Positions 31,806-42,200 of a stretch of 64,000 bases of DNA are shown piece after piece (position 1 is the first letter of the stretch; each line of letters begins with the position of its first letter). Source of the DNA: Gammaproteobacteria bacterium (GTDB lineage Bacteria; Pseudomonadota; Gammaproteobacteria; JBCCGL01). The DNA is taken from NCBI GenBank assembly GCA_965277715.1, contig OZ255836.1:1600001-1664000 (forward strand). The letters run 5' to 3'. The notes beneath the pieces were generated by a model that saw nothing but the letters and a program-made list of their open reading frames with translations, was not told the DNA's origin and did not search any database. Made by a program: the position numbers and the translations under genes.

Positions 31806-33011
31806 TTAGCAATCGACAATATTGTGCGTCGGCCCATAGGGGTATTTGGTGATGTTCTCAGCACCCTGCTCCGTCACGACCAAAATATCGTGCTCCCGGT
31901 AACCACCCGCACCGGGCACACCTTCAGGCAGCATAATCATCGGCTCCATCGACACGACCATATTGGGTTGCAATACTGTTTCAATGTCTTCACGCAATTC
32001 CAGCCCCGCCTCGCGCCCATAGTAGTGTGACAGCGTGCCAAACGAATGCCCATAACCAAACGTACGGTACTGCAATAAACCGTACTCACGGAAAATATCA
32101 TTCAGTGCCAGCGCAATATCACAACAACGCACCCCCGGTTTAATCAATGCTATCCCGGCCTCGTGCACGGCAACATTGGCCTCCCACAGTGTGCGGTACT
32201 GATCAGCGCATTCACCTGCAAACAAGGTGCGCTCCAGGGCAGTGTAATACCCGGCAATCATGGGAAAACAATTGAGGCTGAGGATGTCGCCACGCACTAT
32301 TTTCCGCGAGGTTACCGGGTTGTGCGCACCATCCGTATTAATCCCGGACTGAAACCAGGTCCAGGTATCCATTAACTCCGCGTGTGGGTAAGTATTGGCA
32401 ATTTCACGCACCATAGCCCGCGTCGAGTGCAGTGCCACTTCATACTCAGGGACACCGACACCAATCGCCTCAACACACGCAGCGCCACCGACATCGGCGA
32501 TGCGCGCTCCCTGGCGAATCAAATCGATTTCCTCATCGGATTTAAGCATCCGCATTGCCATTGCCGCACGGCCCACATCGACCCACTCACACGCGGGTAG
32601 CGCCGTTTTTAGTTTTTCGACATTCTCAAGGTTGATATGGTCAAACTCGATACCCAAACGCTTCGCACCCTCTCCCACCTGCTGCTTTACCGCGAAAAAA
32701 TAATTATCCCGCTGCCAATCGGTATACGTAATACTGTCACCCATACTGCGCCGCCACGGCTGTCCACCGTCGATGTTGGCGGCGATAGTCACGCAACTGT
32801 CGTGCGAAATAAATACACCGTAGGGCCGACCAAAGGCACAATAGAGGAAATCGGTGTAATAATTAATATTGTGATATGACGTCATCAATACCGCATCGAT
32901 ATCCTGGCTCGCCATATGGGCGCGCAGGCGACCGAGCCGGGACTGCATTTCAGCGGTCGAAAAAGTGCCCGATACTTTCTCACCATTGTGAATTTTCAAT
33001 AGTTGTTCCAT
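31806..33011 (-). CDS. Creatinase (creatine amidinohydrolase, M24 fold)
   Basis: HNGEK, DGGQPWRRS, WTWFQSGINTDGAHN, FGYGHSFG, GREAGLELRED and GYREHDIL are diagnostic of creatinase. Start at MEQLLKIHNG. Confidence 0.93.
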   Translation of the reverse strand: MEQLLKIHNGEKVSGTFSTAEMQSRLGRLRAHMASQDIDAVLMTSYHNINYYTDFLYCAFGRPYGVFISHDSCVTIAANIDGGQPWRRSMGDSITYTDWQRDNYFFAVKQQVGEGAKRLGIEFDHINLENVEKLKTALPACEWVDVGRAAMAMRMLKSDEEIDLIRQGARIADVGGAACVEAIGVGVPEYEVALHSTRAMVREIANTYPHAELMDTWTWFQSGINTDGAHNPVTSRKIVRGDILSLNCFPMIAGYYTALERTLFAGECADQYRTLWEANVAVHEAGIALIKPGVRCCDIALALNDIFREYGLLQYRTFGYGHSFGTLSHYYGREAGLELREDIETVLQPNMVVSMEPMIMLPEGVPGAGGYREHDILVVTEQGAENITKYPYGPTHNIVDC

Positions 33012-33274
33012 GATTACACCTGTAGTTGTGAAAATGGTTGCAAGAAGTGCCTGTTGTGGCAAAGCGAATCAGTGTAAATCCTGGTAGCCGGGTGGGAATT
33101 ATCCCGCTACGACACCCGTATTGATGGGCGGATCTATGTCGCAAACAGACAACCCGCCTCTTTTTGCAACTGGCATTAACAGGTGTTCACCATTAGGTAA
33201 ACCGCGCCAAAAAGCCAAAAACTACGTAGCCAGAATAGTATTTCCAAAATAGTATTGAACAAACAGGATTAACA

Positions 33275-33805
33275 ATGAGCAGCTCCCTGCGTGACCAATT
33301 GGTAAAAGCCGGCCTGGCAAGCAAGCAAAACGCTAATGTGCTAAACGCCAAATCGAGAAAAAAACACAAAAATAAGGCGGTCGATGCACCGACTGATGTA
33401 GCCGCAAAACAAGCCGCCGAGGCAAAACGTGCAAAAGATAAAGCACTCAATGCAGCACTACAGGAAAAGCAACAGAAGGCGGCCATCAAAGGGCAAATCA
33501 AAGCCCTTATAGAAGCTCACGCGGTAAAAGAGTATAGCGGCGAAATAGCCTATAACTACATTGCCGGTACGAAAGTGCGGCAACTGTTTGTGTTACAGGA
33601 GATCCACCAAAAATTATCTTCAGGTAAGCTGGCCATTACCCGTCTAAATGGCAAAACGTACCTGATCCCCAGTACCACAGGTGAAAAAATACTGGCGCTA
33701 AACCCCAATTGGGCAGTAACCCGACCCGGTGCCGATGCAAATGAAACAACCGGTGACGACGATGATTACGCCGACTACCAGGTGCCCGACGACCTTAACT
33801 GGTAG
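33275..33805 (+). CDS. DUF2058 family protein (YaiL-like)
   Basis: SLRDQLVKAGL N-terminus and YADYQVPDDLNW C-terminus. Confidence 0.88.
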   Translation: MSSSLRDQLVKAGLASKQNANVLNAKSRKKHKNKAVDAPTDVAAKQAAEAKRAKDKALNAALQEKQQKAAIKGQIKALIEAHAVKEYSGEIAYNYIAGTKVRQLFVLQEIHQKLSSGKLAITRLNGKTYLIPSTTGEKILALNPNWAVTRPGADANETTGDDDDYADYQVPDDLNW

Positions 33806-33823
33806 AAACAAGGAACGACCCGC

Positions 33824-35263
33824 ATGGCAACTCAACCCACATTCTACTGGCACGATTACGAAACATTCGGGATCAATCCGGCAAACGACCGCCCCGCCCA
33901 ATTTGCCGGTGTGCGTACCGATATGGATCTCAATATTCTCGGCGACCCCCTGCTTATTTATTGCAAGCCAGGTAACGACTATCTACCCTCTCCTCAGGCC
34001 TGCCTGATAACCGGTATCACGCCGACACACGCCGACCAACACGGCGTCAATGAAGCCGAATTTATCCAGCAAATACACCGGCAACTGTCCTGTCATAACA
34101 CCTGCACCATCGGCTACAACAATATTCGCTTTGATGATGAGTTTACCCGCTATACGCTGTACCGAAACTTCTTTGACCCTTACGCCCGCGAATGGAAAAA
34201 TGACAATTCGCGCTGGGATCTACTCGATGTAGTGCGTCTCACCCGTGCATTGCGCCCACAGGGGATCGTTTGGCCGGAGACGCATGAGGGCAAGGTCAGC
34301 AACAAACTGGAGCACCTCACCGCCGCCAACGGCATTGCCCATACGGCGGCACACGATGCCCTGTCTGATGTTTACGCCACGATCGCTGTGGCAAAATTAA
34401 TTCGCACCCACCAACCACGCCTCTACGACTATTTATTCAGCCACCGGGGGAAACAACAGCAGGCCGAACTGCTCAATCTACGTGAGCGCAATATGTTGGT
34501 GCACAGTAGCGGTATGTTTCCCAATACCACCCTGAACACCAGCCTGATAATGCCGTTGGCAAAACACCCGGACAATGCAAACGGGATCATCGTCTACGAC
34601 CTGCGATACGACCCTGAGCCTTTGCTGGATCTCGATGAAGAGGCAATTTATTCAAGGGTATTTACCGCCACCGCCGACCTGCCCAGCGGTCTGGAACGCA
34701 TACCACTCAAAACCGTGCACATCAATAAGTGTCCAGTGGTAACCCCCTATAAAGTGCTCGACCCCGCTTCGGCAGAGCGCATTGCTATCGACACGCAACG
34801 CTGCCAACAGCACCGGCAGCGCATTCTCGATGCAATTGATAACGTGCGTCACAAAGTGGTCAATGTGTTTTCAAGGCAACCGTTCAACACGGGACATGAC
34901 CCAGACCAGGCGCTGTATTCCGGTGGTTTTTTCAGTAGCGAAGACCGCCGTAGAATGGACGCCTTACGCGACAAATCCTCTGCGCAACTGGCGCGGTTAA
35001 AACCCCTGTTTGACGATCCCCGGATACCTGAAATGTTATTTCGCTATCGCGCCAGAAACTACCCGGAGTCCCTGAACAACGAGGAGCGCGCACAGTGGGA
35101 AAGTTTTCGACAGGAGCGTTTCTACCAATGCGGGCAAGGTACTATCAGCATGCACCGACAATTTCTCAATGACCTCGCACAGTGCCGAAGTGAACACCCG
35201 ACCCGGCAGAGCCTGTTTGATGAACTGGCCCAGTACGCTGAGCGCATTCGCCCAAAAGGATAA
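33824..35263 (+). CDS. sbcB: Exodeoxyribonuclease I
   Basis: WHDYETFG, DRPAQFAG, GYNNIRFDDE, AHDALSDVYATI and FRYRARNYP motifs. Confidence 0.97.
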   Translation: MATQPTFYWHDYETFGINPANDRPAQFAGVRTDMDLNILGDPLLIYCKPGNDYLPSPQACLITGITPTHADQHGVNEAEFIQQIHRQLSCHNTCTIGYNNIRFDDEFTRYTLYRNFFDPYAREWKNDNSRWDLLDVVRLTRALRPQGIVWPETHEGKVSNKLEHLTAANGIAHTAAHDALSDVYATIAVAKLIRTHQPRLYDYLFSHRGKQQQAELLNLRERNMLVHSSGMFPNTTLNTSLIMPLAKHPDNANGIIVYDLRYDPEPLLDLDEEAIYSRVFTATADLPSGLERIPLKTVHINKCPVVTPYKVLDPASAERIAIDTQRCQQHRQRILDAIDNVRHKVVNVFSRQPFNTGHDPDQALYSGGFFSSEDRRRMDALRDKSSAQLARLKPLFDDPRIPEMLFRYRARNYPESLNNEERAQWESFRQERFYQCGQGTISMHRQFLNDLAQCRSEHPTRQSLFDELAQYAERIRPKG

Positions 35264-35268
35264 GCCCA

Positions 35269-36609
35269 TCAATGCACCCGGCGAGGTACTTCCTGCCGCC
35301 AGCCATGCTCAGATAACCCAGCGACGGGCAATGCCGTTTTAGCCTGAGTTATTCTGGCGAGATATATCTCATAGAGTCGAGATTTTTCAGTGGTATTCAA
35401 CCGTTTGAAAATGCGCTCTGCCTCATACCACTGGCCCTCGCGGAAATACCCAATAGCCTGATGGTGCAGCGCCAACCAGGTCAACTGCTCACCCGTCACC
35501 TGATCTTTTTGATACATTGGCTGGTATATCTTTACATAGCACGAACGCCCTTTAACTTTGATGGTATCCAACTCGCGAAACAGTGTATCCGTCATTAGTC
35601 GGCTGGCCACCTCACTGACAATAATCGGGGCATCGTAATAGCGCGTTTGGCGTTCCAGCCGCTCGGCAACATTAACCGCATCACCCACCACGGTATAAGC
35701 CATACGAAATACCGACCCCATATTACCCACATTACTCACGCCACTACTGATACCAATACCCACATGAAGATCGGGCATACCGTCACTTTGCAGTTCAATG
35801 CGCAACGAAGCCAGCTCGCGTTGAATCTCCAGTGCTGCGGATAACGCATCTGCCGCGTGGCGCTCATTGTCAAGCGGCGCCCCCCAAAATGCCATCACAC
35901 TATCACCCATATATTTATCGATAGTCCCTTTATGCCGAACAATAATTTGACTTGTTATATCAAAATAACGGTTCAGCCACAAAGCCAGCTTGCACGGCTC
36001 CAGGTGCTCAGAAATTGTGGTAAAGCCTTTAATATCACAAAACAAAACCGTGATCTCACGCGATTCGCCTTCGAGGTTAATTTTTTCTGGATTCCTGCTG
36101 TAATTGAAGGCAATTTCCGGGGGCACATATTGGCTAAAAATGCGAGTGAGTTGTTTTTTATCACAAAATTCAGCATAAAAAGACAGCCCAATATAGGCGC
36201 CGAATAACACCAGCACGGTGATTAATTTAAACTCAAGGGTTATTCCACCACCAAACACGCTGTTTATATGGATTAATACCAAAAACGCTGACGCCACCAA
36301 CGTCGAAATCGAAGCGCGTACGGGACGAAAATAAGGAAGACCTGCCGCCAGTAAAAAAAAGATTAATTGTGAAAGCCAGAATGTGCGGTTTTTCGCTAAC
36401 AGCCCTGTTGTGGCATCACTTAAATTCTCTGGCCGAAACGCAAACAATAACGAGGCATTGCTGCGCTGCAAAGACGTATCCCAGGACACGCTAAAGTGAA
36501 TGTAAAACACACCAAATACACACAACAATAGCAACAGGCACACCAACAGCAAAATACCGGCATTGGGCAGGCTACGCCTGTTCGGTTGAAAAATAGTAAT
36601 GGCTTGCAC
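35269..36609 (-). CDS. Membrane-anchored class III adenylate cyclase
   Basis: FCDIKGFT, DKYMGDSVMAFWGAP and YTVVGDAVNVAERLE motifs (Lys/Thr ATP-specificity pair); about 4 N-terminal TM segments. Confidence 0.88.
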   Translation of the reverse strand: MQAITIFQPNRRSLPNAGILLLVCLLLLLCVFGVFYIHFSVSWDTSLQRSNASLLFAFRPENLSDATTGLLAKNRTFWLSQLIFFLLAAGLPYFRPVRASISTLVASAFLVLIHINSVFGGGITLEFKLITVLVLFGAYIGLSFYAEFCDKKQLTRIFSQYVPPEIAFNYSRNPEKINLEGESREITVLFCDIKGFTTISEHLEPCKLALWLNRYFDITSQIIVRHKGTIDKYMGDSVMAFWGAPLDNERHAADALSAALEIQRELASLRIELQSDGMPDLHVGIGISSGVSNVGNMGSVFRMAYTVVGDAVNVAERLERQTRYYDAPIIVSEVASRLMTDTLFRELDTIKVKGRSCYVKIYQPMYQKDQVTGEQLTWLALHHQAIGYFREGQWYEAERIFKRLNTTEKSRLYEIYLARITQAKTALPVAGLSEHGWRQEVPRRVH

Positions 36610-36819
36610 CAGGTAAAACCACCTCGGCTGAGCATCGGTTACTGATAAGCTCCTTATCGGCCATTAATACGGTAACATGAATGAGTACACCGTCTGCCTT
36701 ATATTGCCGGGTATTACCAATCCTATCTACCCAGGCCGGTCTTTAAGAAATTAATTTACGCGCATTTCAGCCGTGCTATATTTCTGCACCGTGGTACGGC
36801 AACAAAGACAACACACACT

Positions 36820-37566
36820 ATGACAGTAAAACGCATTGCACTGGTCACCGGGGGTATAGGCGGCCTGGGAACCGCTATTTGCCAGGCGCTGGCGGGTATC
36901 GATTACCGCGTCATTGCTAACTATCACCCCGATTCTGCCGTGGCAGCAACACAATGGCAGCAGGCACAGCGCGCACGGGGGTTTGACTTCACCATCAGCG
37001 CCGCCGACGTCAGCAAGCATCAGGACTGTCTGCATATGCTCGAATCACTACAGACTGACATCGGTGCAATCGACTGCCTGATCAATAACGCCGGTATTAC
37101 CCGTGACACACGCCTACAAAAAATGCAGCCCGATCAATGGCTGGCCGTTATCAACACTAACCTCAACAGTCTGTTTAATATGACCCACCGCCTTGTCGAA
37201 GGCATGTCGGAACGGGGGTTTGGCCGCATTATCAATATCTCCTCCGTCAGCGGTCAGCGCGGCCAGTTTGGGCAAACCAACTACGCCGCCGCCAAAGCGG
37301 GGGTTCATGGGTTTACAATGGCGCTGGCACGGGAAGTCGCCAGCAAAGGGATTACCGTCAATTCGATTTCACCGGGGTATATCGCCACCCAAATGGTACA
37401 GACAATGCGCGAAGATATTCTGACGCAAGTGGTTGAACAAATTCCCGTTGGGCGGCTGGGTGAACCACAGGAAATTGGCCGTACTGTGGCGTTTCTTGCA
37501 CACGACGATGCAGGCTATATCACCGGCAGCGATTTTTGTATTAACGGTGGCCTGCACATGCAGTAA
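36820..37566 (+). CDS. phbB: Acetoacetyl-CoA reductase (SDR)
   Basis: TGGIGGLGTAIC, NNAGITRD, GQFGQTNYAAAKAG and INGGLHMQ motifs. Confidence 0.9.
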   Translation: MTVKRIALVTGGIGGLGTAICQALAGIDYRVIANYHPDSAVAATQWQQAQRARGFDFTISAADVSKHQDCLHMLESLQTDIGAIDCLINNAGITRDTRLQKMQPDQWLAVINTNLNSLFNMTHRLVEGMSERGFGRIINISSVSGQRGQFGQTNYAAAKAGVHGFTMALAREVASKGITVNSISPGYIATQMVQTMREDILTQVVEQIPVGRLGEPQEIGRTVAFLAHDDAGYITGSDFCINGGLHMQ

Positions 37567-37614
37567 ACCAGGGTAGCCAACCAAAACATCCGCACCAAGA
37601 GGAAAACCACAACC

Positions 37615-38319
37615 ATGAGCACTTGCACAATCCACAGCTACGAACTCGGGCCGATGGAAAACTACATCTACCTGATCCACGACCACGCCAGCAATCGCGC
37701 CGCTGTCGTCGATCCCGCCTGGGATATACCCAGTGTGGTCACAGCGGCCAAATCACTGGGCGCAACAATCAGCGATGTGTTCATTACACACAGCCACAAT
37801 GACCATATCAATGGCCTGGACGCGTTGCGTCAACACTACCCGCTAAACGTGCATATATCCCATGAGGAAGCCGATTTTTGGCAATCGACACCCGCCGATG
37901 CTATTCGACATGAGGACGGTGAAAAAATACAGCTCGGTGACACACAAGTAACCTGGATGCTGACACCGGGGCACACACCGGGGTCCGCCTGCCTGTACGT
38001 AGACGAAAAGCTGATAGCCGGTGACACATTATTTATCTTTGGTTGCGGCCGGTGCGACCTGCAAGGGGGTGACCCAAAGCAGATGTACCAATCACTTCAA
38101 TCCCTGAAAACCCGCATTCCAGAAAACACCATCGTACTACCTGGCCACAATTATTCTGACCGCCCCAGCTCAACGATGGACGTACAACTGCAAGGCAACC
38201 CTTTTCTACACTGGGATACCGAAGAGGGGTTTATTCGCTACCGTATGGACGTGCACGACAAAATACGCGACACCCCCTATGGTCCCGTTACCCGTGAGGA
38301 ATTAGCGCAGGTAATGTAA
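37615..38319 (+). CDS. Metallo-beta-lactamase-fold hydrolase (glyoxalase II-like)
   Basis: THSHNDH, TPGHTPG, GDTLF..GCGRCD and PGHNY motifs. Confidence 0.9.
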   Translation: MSTCTIHSYELGPMENYIYLIHDHASNRAAVVDPAWDIPSVVTAAKSLGATISDVFITHSHNDHINGLDALRQHYPLNVHISHEEADFWQSTPADAIRHEDGEKIQLGDTQVTWMLTPGHTPGSACLYVDEKLIAGDTLFIFGCGRCDLQGGDPKQMYQSLQSLKTRIPENTIVLPGHNYSDRPSSTMDVQLQGNPFLHWDTEEGFIRYRMDVHDKIRDTPYGPVTREELAQVM

Positions 38320-39169
38320 GCAGTGCAATCGACACAGCGCAAATGACCAGCGCACGCACAACCAACCGCTTCGCCGCACGGATATCCCCGATGGAAACTG
38401 ACTGCCCTGGCGGCAACGCCAGGGCCGCCATACCCGCATCGGATAGGGCGGCATTATTGCACTCAAAAAGCGATGCGTGTTCAGCCCTCGGTCCTGGGCA
38501 AAGCATTTCCACCAGCGTGCCATCAAACTTACCCGCCAGTGCATAAGCCAGCATTAACATCCGTGCGGGTAGCCAGGTAAGCACCCCTATAAAAGTCAAT
38601 AAATACCCTATTGATTTTTCATTAATTTGAACGCTGTCTGCCGATTTATCAACCAACTGTAAAGCGACGCGGTACAGCACCGCCGCAAATGGCCCCAGCA
38701 CAGCAAACCAAAATACAACAGTAACAATCTGCGTATTAGCCTGTGCAAATATCGCCCGCACTACCGTGCTGTGGGTTGTCGCCTCGCCAGCAGACGCCAT
38801 ACGGCCAACCAACCGCTGAGCACAGTTATTCAACGCCACCTCTTCGCCGCTATCAACAGCCTGTAAATAGGCTTCAGCCTCAGCCTCCAGTGGCAGTGGG
38901 CCAAAACACACAAACAGCACAGCAACCGACCAGATAAACGTCAACACCCCAGAAGATAAATCCCCGACCCACCCATCAATCCACCAGGCCACAACCGCAG
39001 GTACTAACATCATTGATAGTACAACCAACAGCCCCAACCAGTAGCTGCCACGTACACGACTAAGACCGACACCAAGCCATTGATTAATAAACTCCAGCGA
39101 GCGCAGGGATTTGCCTACATCGACGCAGCGATCGAGAAAGACACTGGCGATGATTACAATTAATGTCAT
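38288..39169 (-). CDS. ampE: AmpE/CobD-CbiB family membrane protein
   Basis: VFWFAVLGPFAAVLYR and WLPAR...YALAGKF motifs; directly downstream of ampD. Confidence 0.82.
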   Translation of the reverse strand: MTLIVIIASVFLDRCVDVGKSLRSLEFINQWLGVGLSRVRGSYWLGLLVVLSMMLVPAVVAWWIDGWVGDLSSGVLTFIWSVAVLFVCFGPLPLEAEAEAYLQAVDSGEEVALNNCAQRLVGRMASAGEATTHSTVVRAIFAQANTQIVTVVFWFAVLGPFAAVLYRVALQLVDKSADSVQINEKSIGYLLTFIGVLTWLPARMLMLAYALAGKFDGTLVEMLCPGPRAEHASLFECNNAALSDAGMAALALPPGQSVSIGDIRAAKRLVVRALVICAVSIALLTLPALIPHG

Positions 39170-39207
39170 GGCTTATATTCCAGGGTTTTATTGTTATTTA
39201 TTGACAC

Positions 39208-39795
39208 TTAAGACGGGGATCTATCCAGGTAGCTATCCAATAAACCGCGAAAATGGCTCCAATTAAACGCCATTCCCGGATCAGTCTTTCGCCCAGGGGC
39301 AATATCGGCATGGCCCACAATGCGCTCAGCGCTGATATCAGGATAAGTGTTTATCAAATTGACCACAACGTCAGCCAGCACTTCGTATTGAATCTCCTGA
39401 TACGGCTGTTCATCCGTGCCTTCAAGCTCAATACCAATCGAAAAATCATTGCACGCCTCGCGCCCACAATAACTTGATACACCCGCGTGCCAGGCGCGGC
39501 GGTGAAACGGCACGTATTGAACCACCTCACCATCGCGGCGAATCAGCAGATGGGCTGATACCCGCAGCGAGGTTAGACCGGCAAAGTAATCGTCCACCAA
39601 AGGATCGAGTGTATTGCTAAACAACGCATCGATATACGGCCCACCAAACTGCCCCGGTGGCAGGCTGATATTGTGGATAACCAATAAATCGGTCACCGCT
39701 TGTGACCGCTCATCACAGTTCGGCGAAGGGCATTGCCGCGCTTTCTGCAACAGCCCGGTTTCACTGTTTATATTCACCTGTTTACCTACACTCAC
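39208..39795 (-). CDS. ampD: 1,6-anhydro-N-acetylmuramyl-L-alanine amidase
   Basis: IHNISLPPGQFGG, VSAHLLIRRDG, AWHAGVS, NDFSIGIELEG and GHADIAPGRKTDPG motifs. Confidence 0.96.
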   Translation of the reverse strand: MSVGKQVNINSETGLLQKARQCPSPNCDERSQAVTDLLVIHNISLPPGQFGGPYIDALFSNTLDPLVDDYFAGLTSLRVSAHLLIRRDGEVVQYVPFHRRAWHAGVSSYCGREACNDFSIGIELEGTDEQPYQEIQYEVLADVVVNLINTYPDISAERIVGHADIAPGRKTDPGMAFNWSHFRGLLDSYLDRSPS

Positions 39796-39893
39796 TATTT
39801 AGACCTAAATTAGATTACTCAGTGACCACAACAACCGTTAAAATCGCAGGCTTTTTGCACACTCTCCCCGCCTTCGGAAACGCACTCAGTTAT

Positions 39894-41924
39894 ATGATAG
39901 ACCTCAATCCCCAGCAACGGGCAGCCGTCAAACACAGTGGCACACCACTATTGGTACTGGCCGGTGCAGGCAGTGGAAAAACCGGCGTGATCACCCACAA
40001 AATAGCCTACCTTATCAAACAACTGGGGGTTGCTGAACAACATATTTACGCCGTCACCTTTACCAACAAAGCCGCCCAGGAAATGAAGCGCCGGGTCAAC
40101 GCCCTATTAAAAGCGACGCGGGAAAAGCCCTCACGCAAACGCGGCCTGAATATCTCGACATTCCACACACTGGGCCTGCGCATGTTACAACGCGACAGCC
40201 AGCACCTGGGGTTTCGTCGTGGCTTTACCCTGATGGATAACACTGACAGCCTCACCGCACTCAAAGAACTGAGCAACGACAACAGCCTCAGCGAAGACGA
40301 CAACGCTGTGCGCAACATTATCTCGCGTTGGAAAAACGACTTCATCACCCCCGAGCAGGCGTTAAAAACCAGCGAAGACGAGCGCAGCCACCACGCGGCC
40401 AAACTATATGCCCGCTATGTGAAACTACTGCACGCTTATAACGCGATGGATTTTGATGATTTGATTTCCCTGCCAGTACTGCTATTGCAGGAAAACCCTG
40501 AACTTTGTGAATATTGGCAAAATCAGGTGCGCCACCTATTGGTAGACGAATACCAGGATACCAACGCAGCCCAGTATACCTTAGTGAAGCTGCTGGTAGG
40601 TAAAGTCGGCGAGCTGACGGCGGTGGGCGACGACGACCAATCGATTTACACCTGGCGGGGCGCACGCCCGGAAAACCTGGTGCAATTGCAAACTGATTTT
40701 CCCCGTTTGAAACTCATCAAGCTGGAGCAAAACTACCGTTCCACCAGCCGCATTCTCGGCTGCGCCAACCACTTGATTGCCAGCAACCCCCATGTGTTTG
40801 AAAAAACCTTATGGAGTAACTTGGGTATCGGCGACAAACTGCGGGTTATGCCCGTCAACACGGGTGACGACGAAGCCGACTGGGTTGCCAGTGACATTCT
40901 GACCCGCGCTTTTCGCAATAATATCAGTTACGGCGAATTTGCCGTGCTCTATCGCAGTAATTTTCAGTCACGCGTTTTTGAACGCGCCCTGCGGGAAAAA
41001 CAAATCCCCTACCAGGTCAGCGGTGGCACCTCCTTTTTCGAGCGGGCGGAAATTAAAGACGTGCTCGCCTACCTAAGACTAATGATCAACCCAGATGATG
41101 ACACAGCCTTCCTCCGCATAGTGAATACACCACGGCGTGAAATTGGTGCCAATACATTGGAAAAAGTAGGCCATTATGCCCGCGAGCGCAGCATTGGTAT
41201 GCTCGCCGCCTGCCATGAGTTTGGCCTGAGTCAAACGCTTGGCAGCAGGCCCAGGGAGCGGCTGGAAAACTTCGCCAACTGGATAACCCTGATCACAGAC
41301 AACGCAGAGCGCGGTGGCGATGCCGTCGAAACAGTGCGCAACCTACTCGACGATATTCAATACGAGGCCTGGCTGCGCGATACCGCCAACAGTATAAAGT
41401 CGGCTGAAACGCGCTGGAAAAACGTGCAGGAGCTGGTCGATTGGATCGAACGGCTGGCGAGCGATGAAGAACACCGTGACCGCTCATTAAGTGACATCGT
41501 TTCGCACATTACCTTAATGGATATTCTCGCACGTAACGATGACGGGCAAACAACGGATATGGTTAACGTCATGACACTACACGCGGCCAAAGGGTTAGAG
41601 TTCACCCACGTTTATATGGTGGGGGTGGAAGAGGAGCTACTGCCCCACCGCAGCAGTATCGAAGACGATAACATCGAAGAGGAGCGGCGCCTCGCTTATG
41701 TCGGTATCACCCGCGCCCAAAAAACCCTGACCCTGTGTCACGCCAGGCAGCGACAAAAATACGGTGAGCTGATCGACTGCGAACCGAGTCGCTTCCTCGT
41801 TGAATTGCCGGAGGAGGACCTACACTGGCTGGATGGCAAAAAAGCCCAACTCGATGGCCCGGCGCAAGCGCAATCTTCGCGCAACCACCTGGCTGACCTG
41901 CGCGCACTACTCAGCCAGAATTAA
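39894..41924 (+). CDS. rep: ATP-dependent DNA helicase Rep
   Basis: LAGAGSGKT, VDEYQDTN, GDDDQSIY, LEQNYRS, TLHAAKGLEF and EEERRLAYVGITRA motifs; Rep-like VITHKIAYLI and length. Start at MIDLNPQQ. Confidence 0.92.
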   Translation: MIDLNPQQRAAVKHSGTPLLVLAGAGSGKTGVITHKIAYLIKQLGVAEQHIYAVTFTNKAAQEMKRRVNALLKATREKPSRKRGLNISTFHTLGLRMLQRDSQHLGFRRGFTLMDNTDSLTALKELSNDNSLSEDDNAVRNIISRWKNDFITPEQALKTSEDERSHHAAKLYARYVKLLHAYNAMDFDDLISLPVLLLQENPELCEYWQNQVRHLLVDEYQDTNAAQYTLVKLLVGKVGELTAVGDDDQSIYTWRGARPENLVQLQTDFPRLKLIKLEQNYRSTSRILGCANHLIASNPHVFEKTLWSNLGIGDKLRVMPVNTGDDEADWVASDILTRAFRNNISYGEFAVLYRSNFQSRVFERALREKQIPYQVSGGTSFFERAEIKDVLAYLRLMINPDDDTAFLRIVNTPRREIGANTLEKVGHYARERSIGMLAACHEFGLSQTLGSRPRERLENFANWITLITDNAERGGDAVETVRNLLDDIQYEAWLRDTANSIKSAETRWKNVQELVDWIERLASDEEHRDRSLSDIVSHITLMDILARNDDGQTTDMVNVMTLHAAKGLEFTHVYMVGVEEELLPHRSSIEDDNIEEERRLAYVGITRAQKTLTLCHARQRQKYGELIDCEPSRFLVELPEEDLHWLDGKKAQLDGPAQAQSSRNHLADLRALLSQN

Positions 41925-42053
41925 CCCGTCAAGTCCGTAGCGAATGGTTCAATGCATCAATTCCCCACTGATACCAAAGTCGGCAATTACCGTTTCTAAC
42001 AACGATGCCTGTGACGGATCGACATCTAAGGGTATTATTTGCGATCATAGTAA

Positions 42054-42200
42054 TCAGTTGTGCAATGTTGCTTGTGCAGATAGAGGAATAACGACCCTGG
42101 AATTCAAATCACTTAATAGATCGTTTTGAACATCGGCAAATTAAGGGTAGACTTTTCTTGAGTTTTTATTGTTACTTTTGTAAAGGGTAAACTGCTTCAT
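42054..42200 (-). pseudogene. ccdB: CcdB toxin pseudogene
   Basis: MKQFTLYKSNNKNSRKVYP*FADVQNDLLSDLNSRVVIPLSAQATLHN*: nonsense codon at 42143-42141 and truncation at 42056-42054. Confidence 0.85.

Noticed and set aside
39702-39893. N-terminal extensions of rep (and similarly MFS 30463, creatinase 33062, gpS 47995)
   Set aside because: ORF-caller maximal starts; family similarity begins at downstream starts, and the rep extension overlaps ampD.
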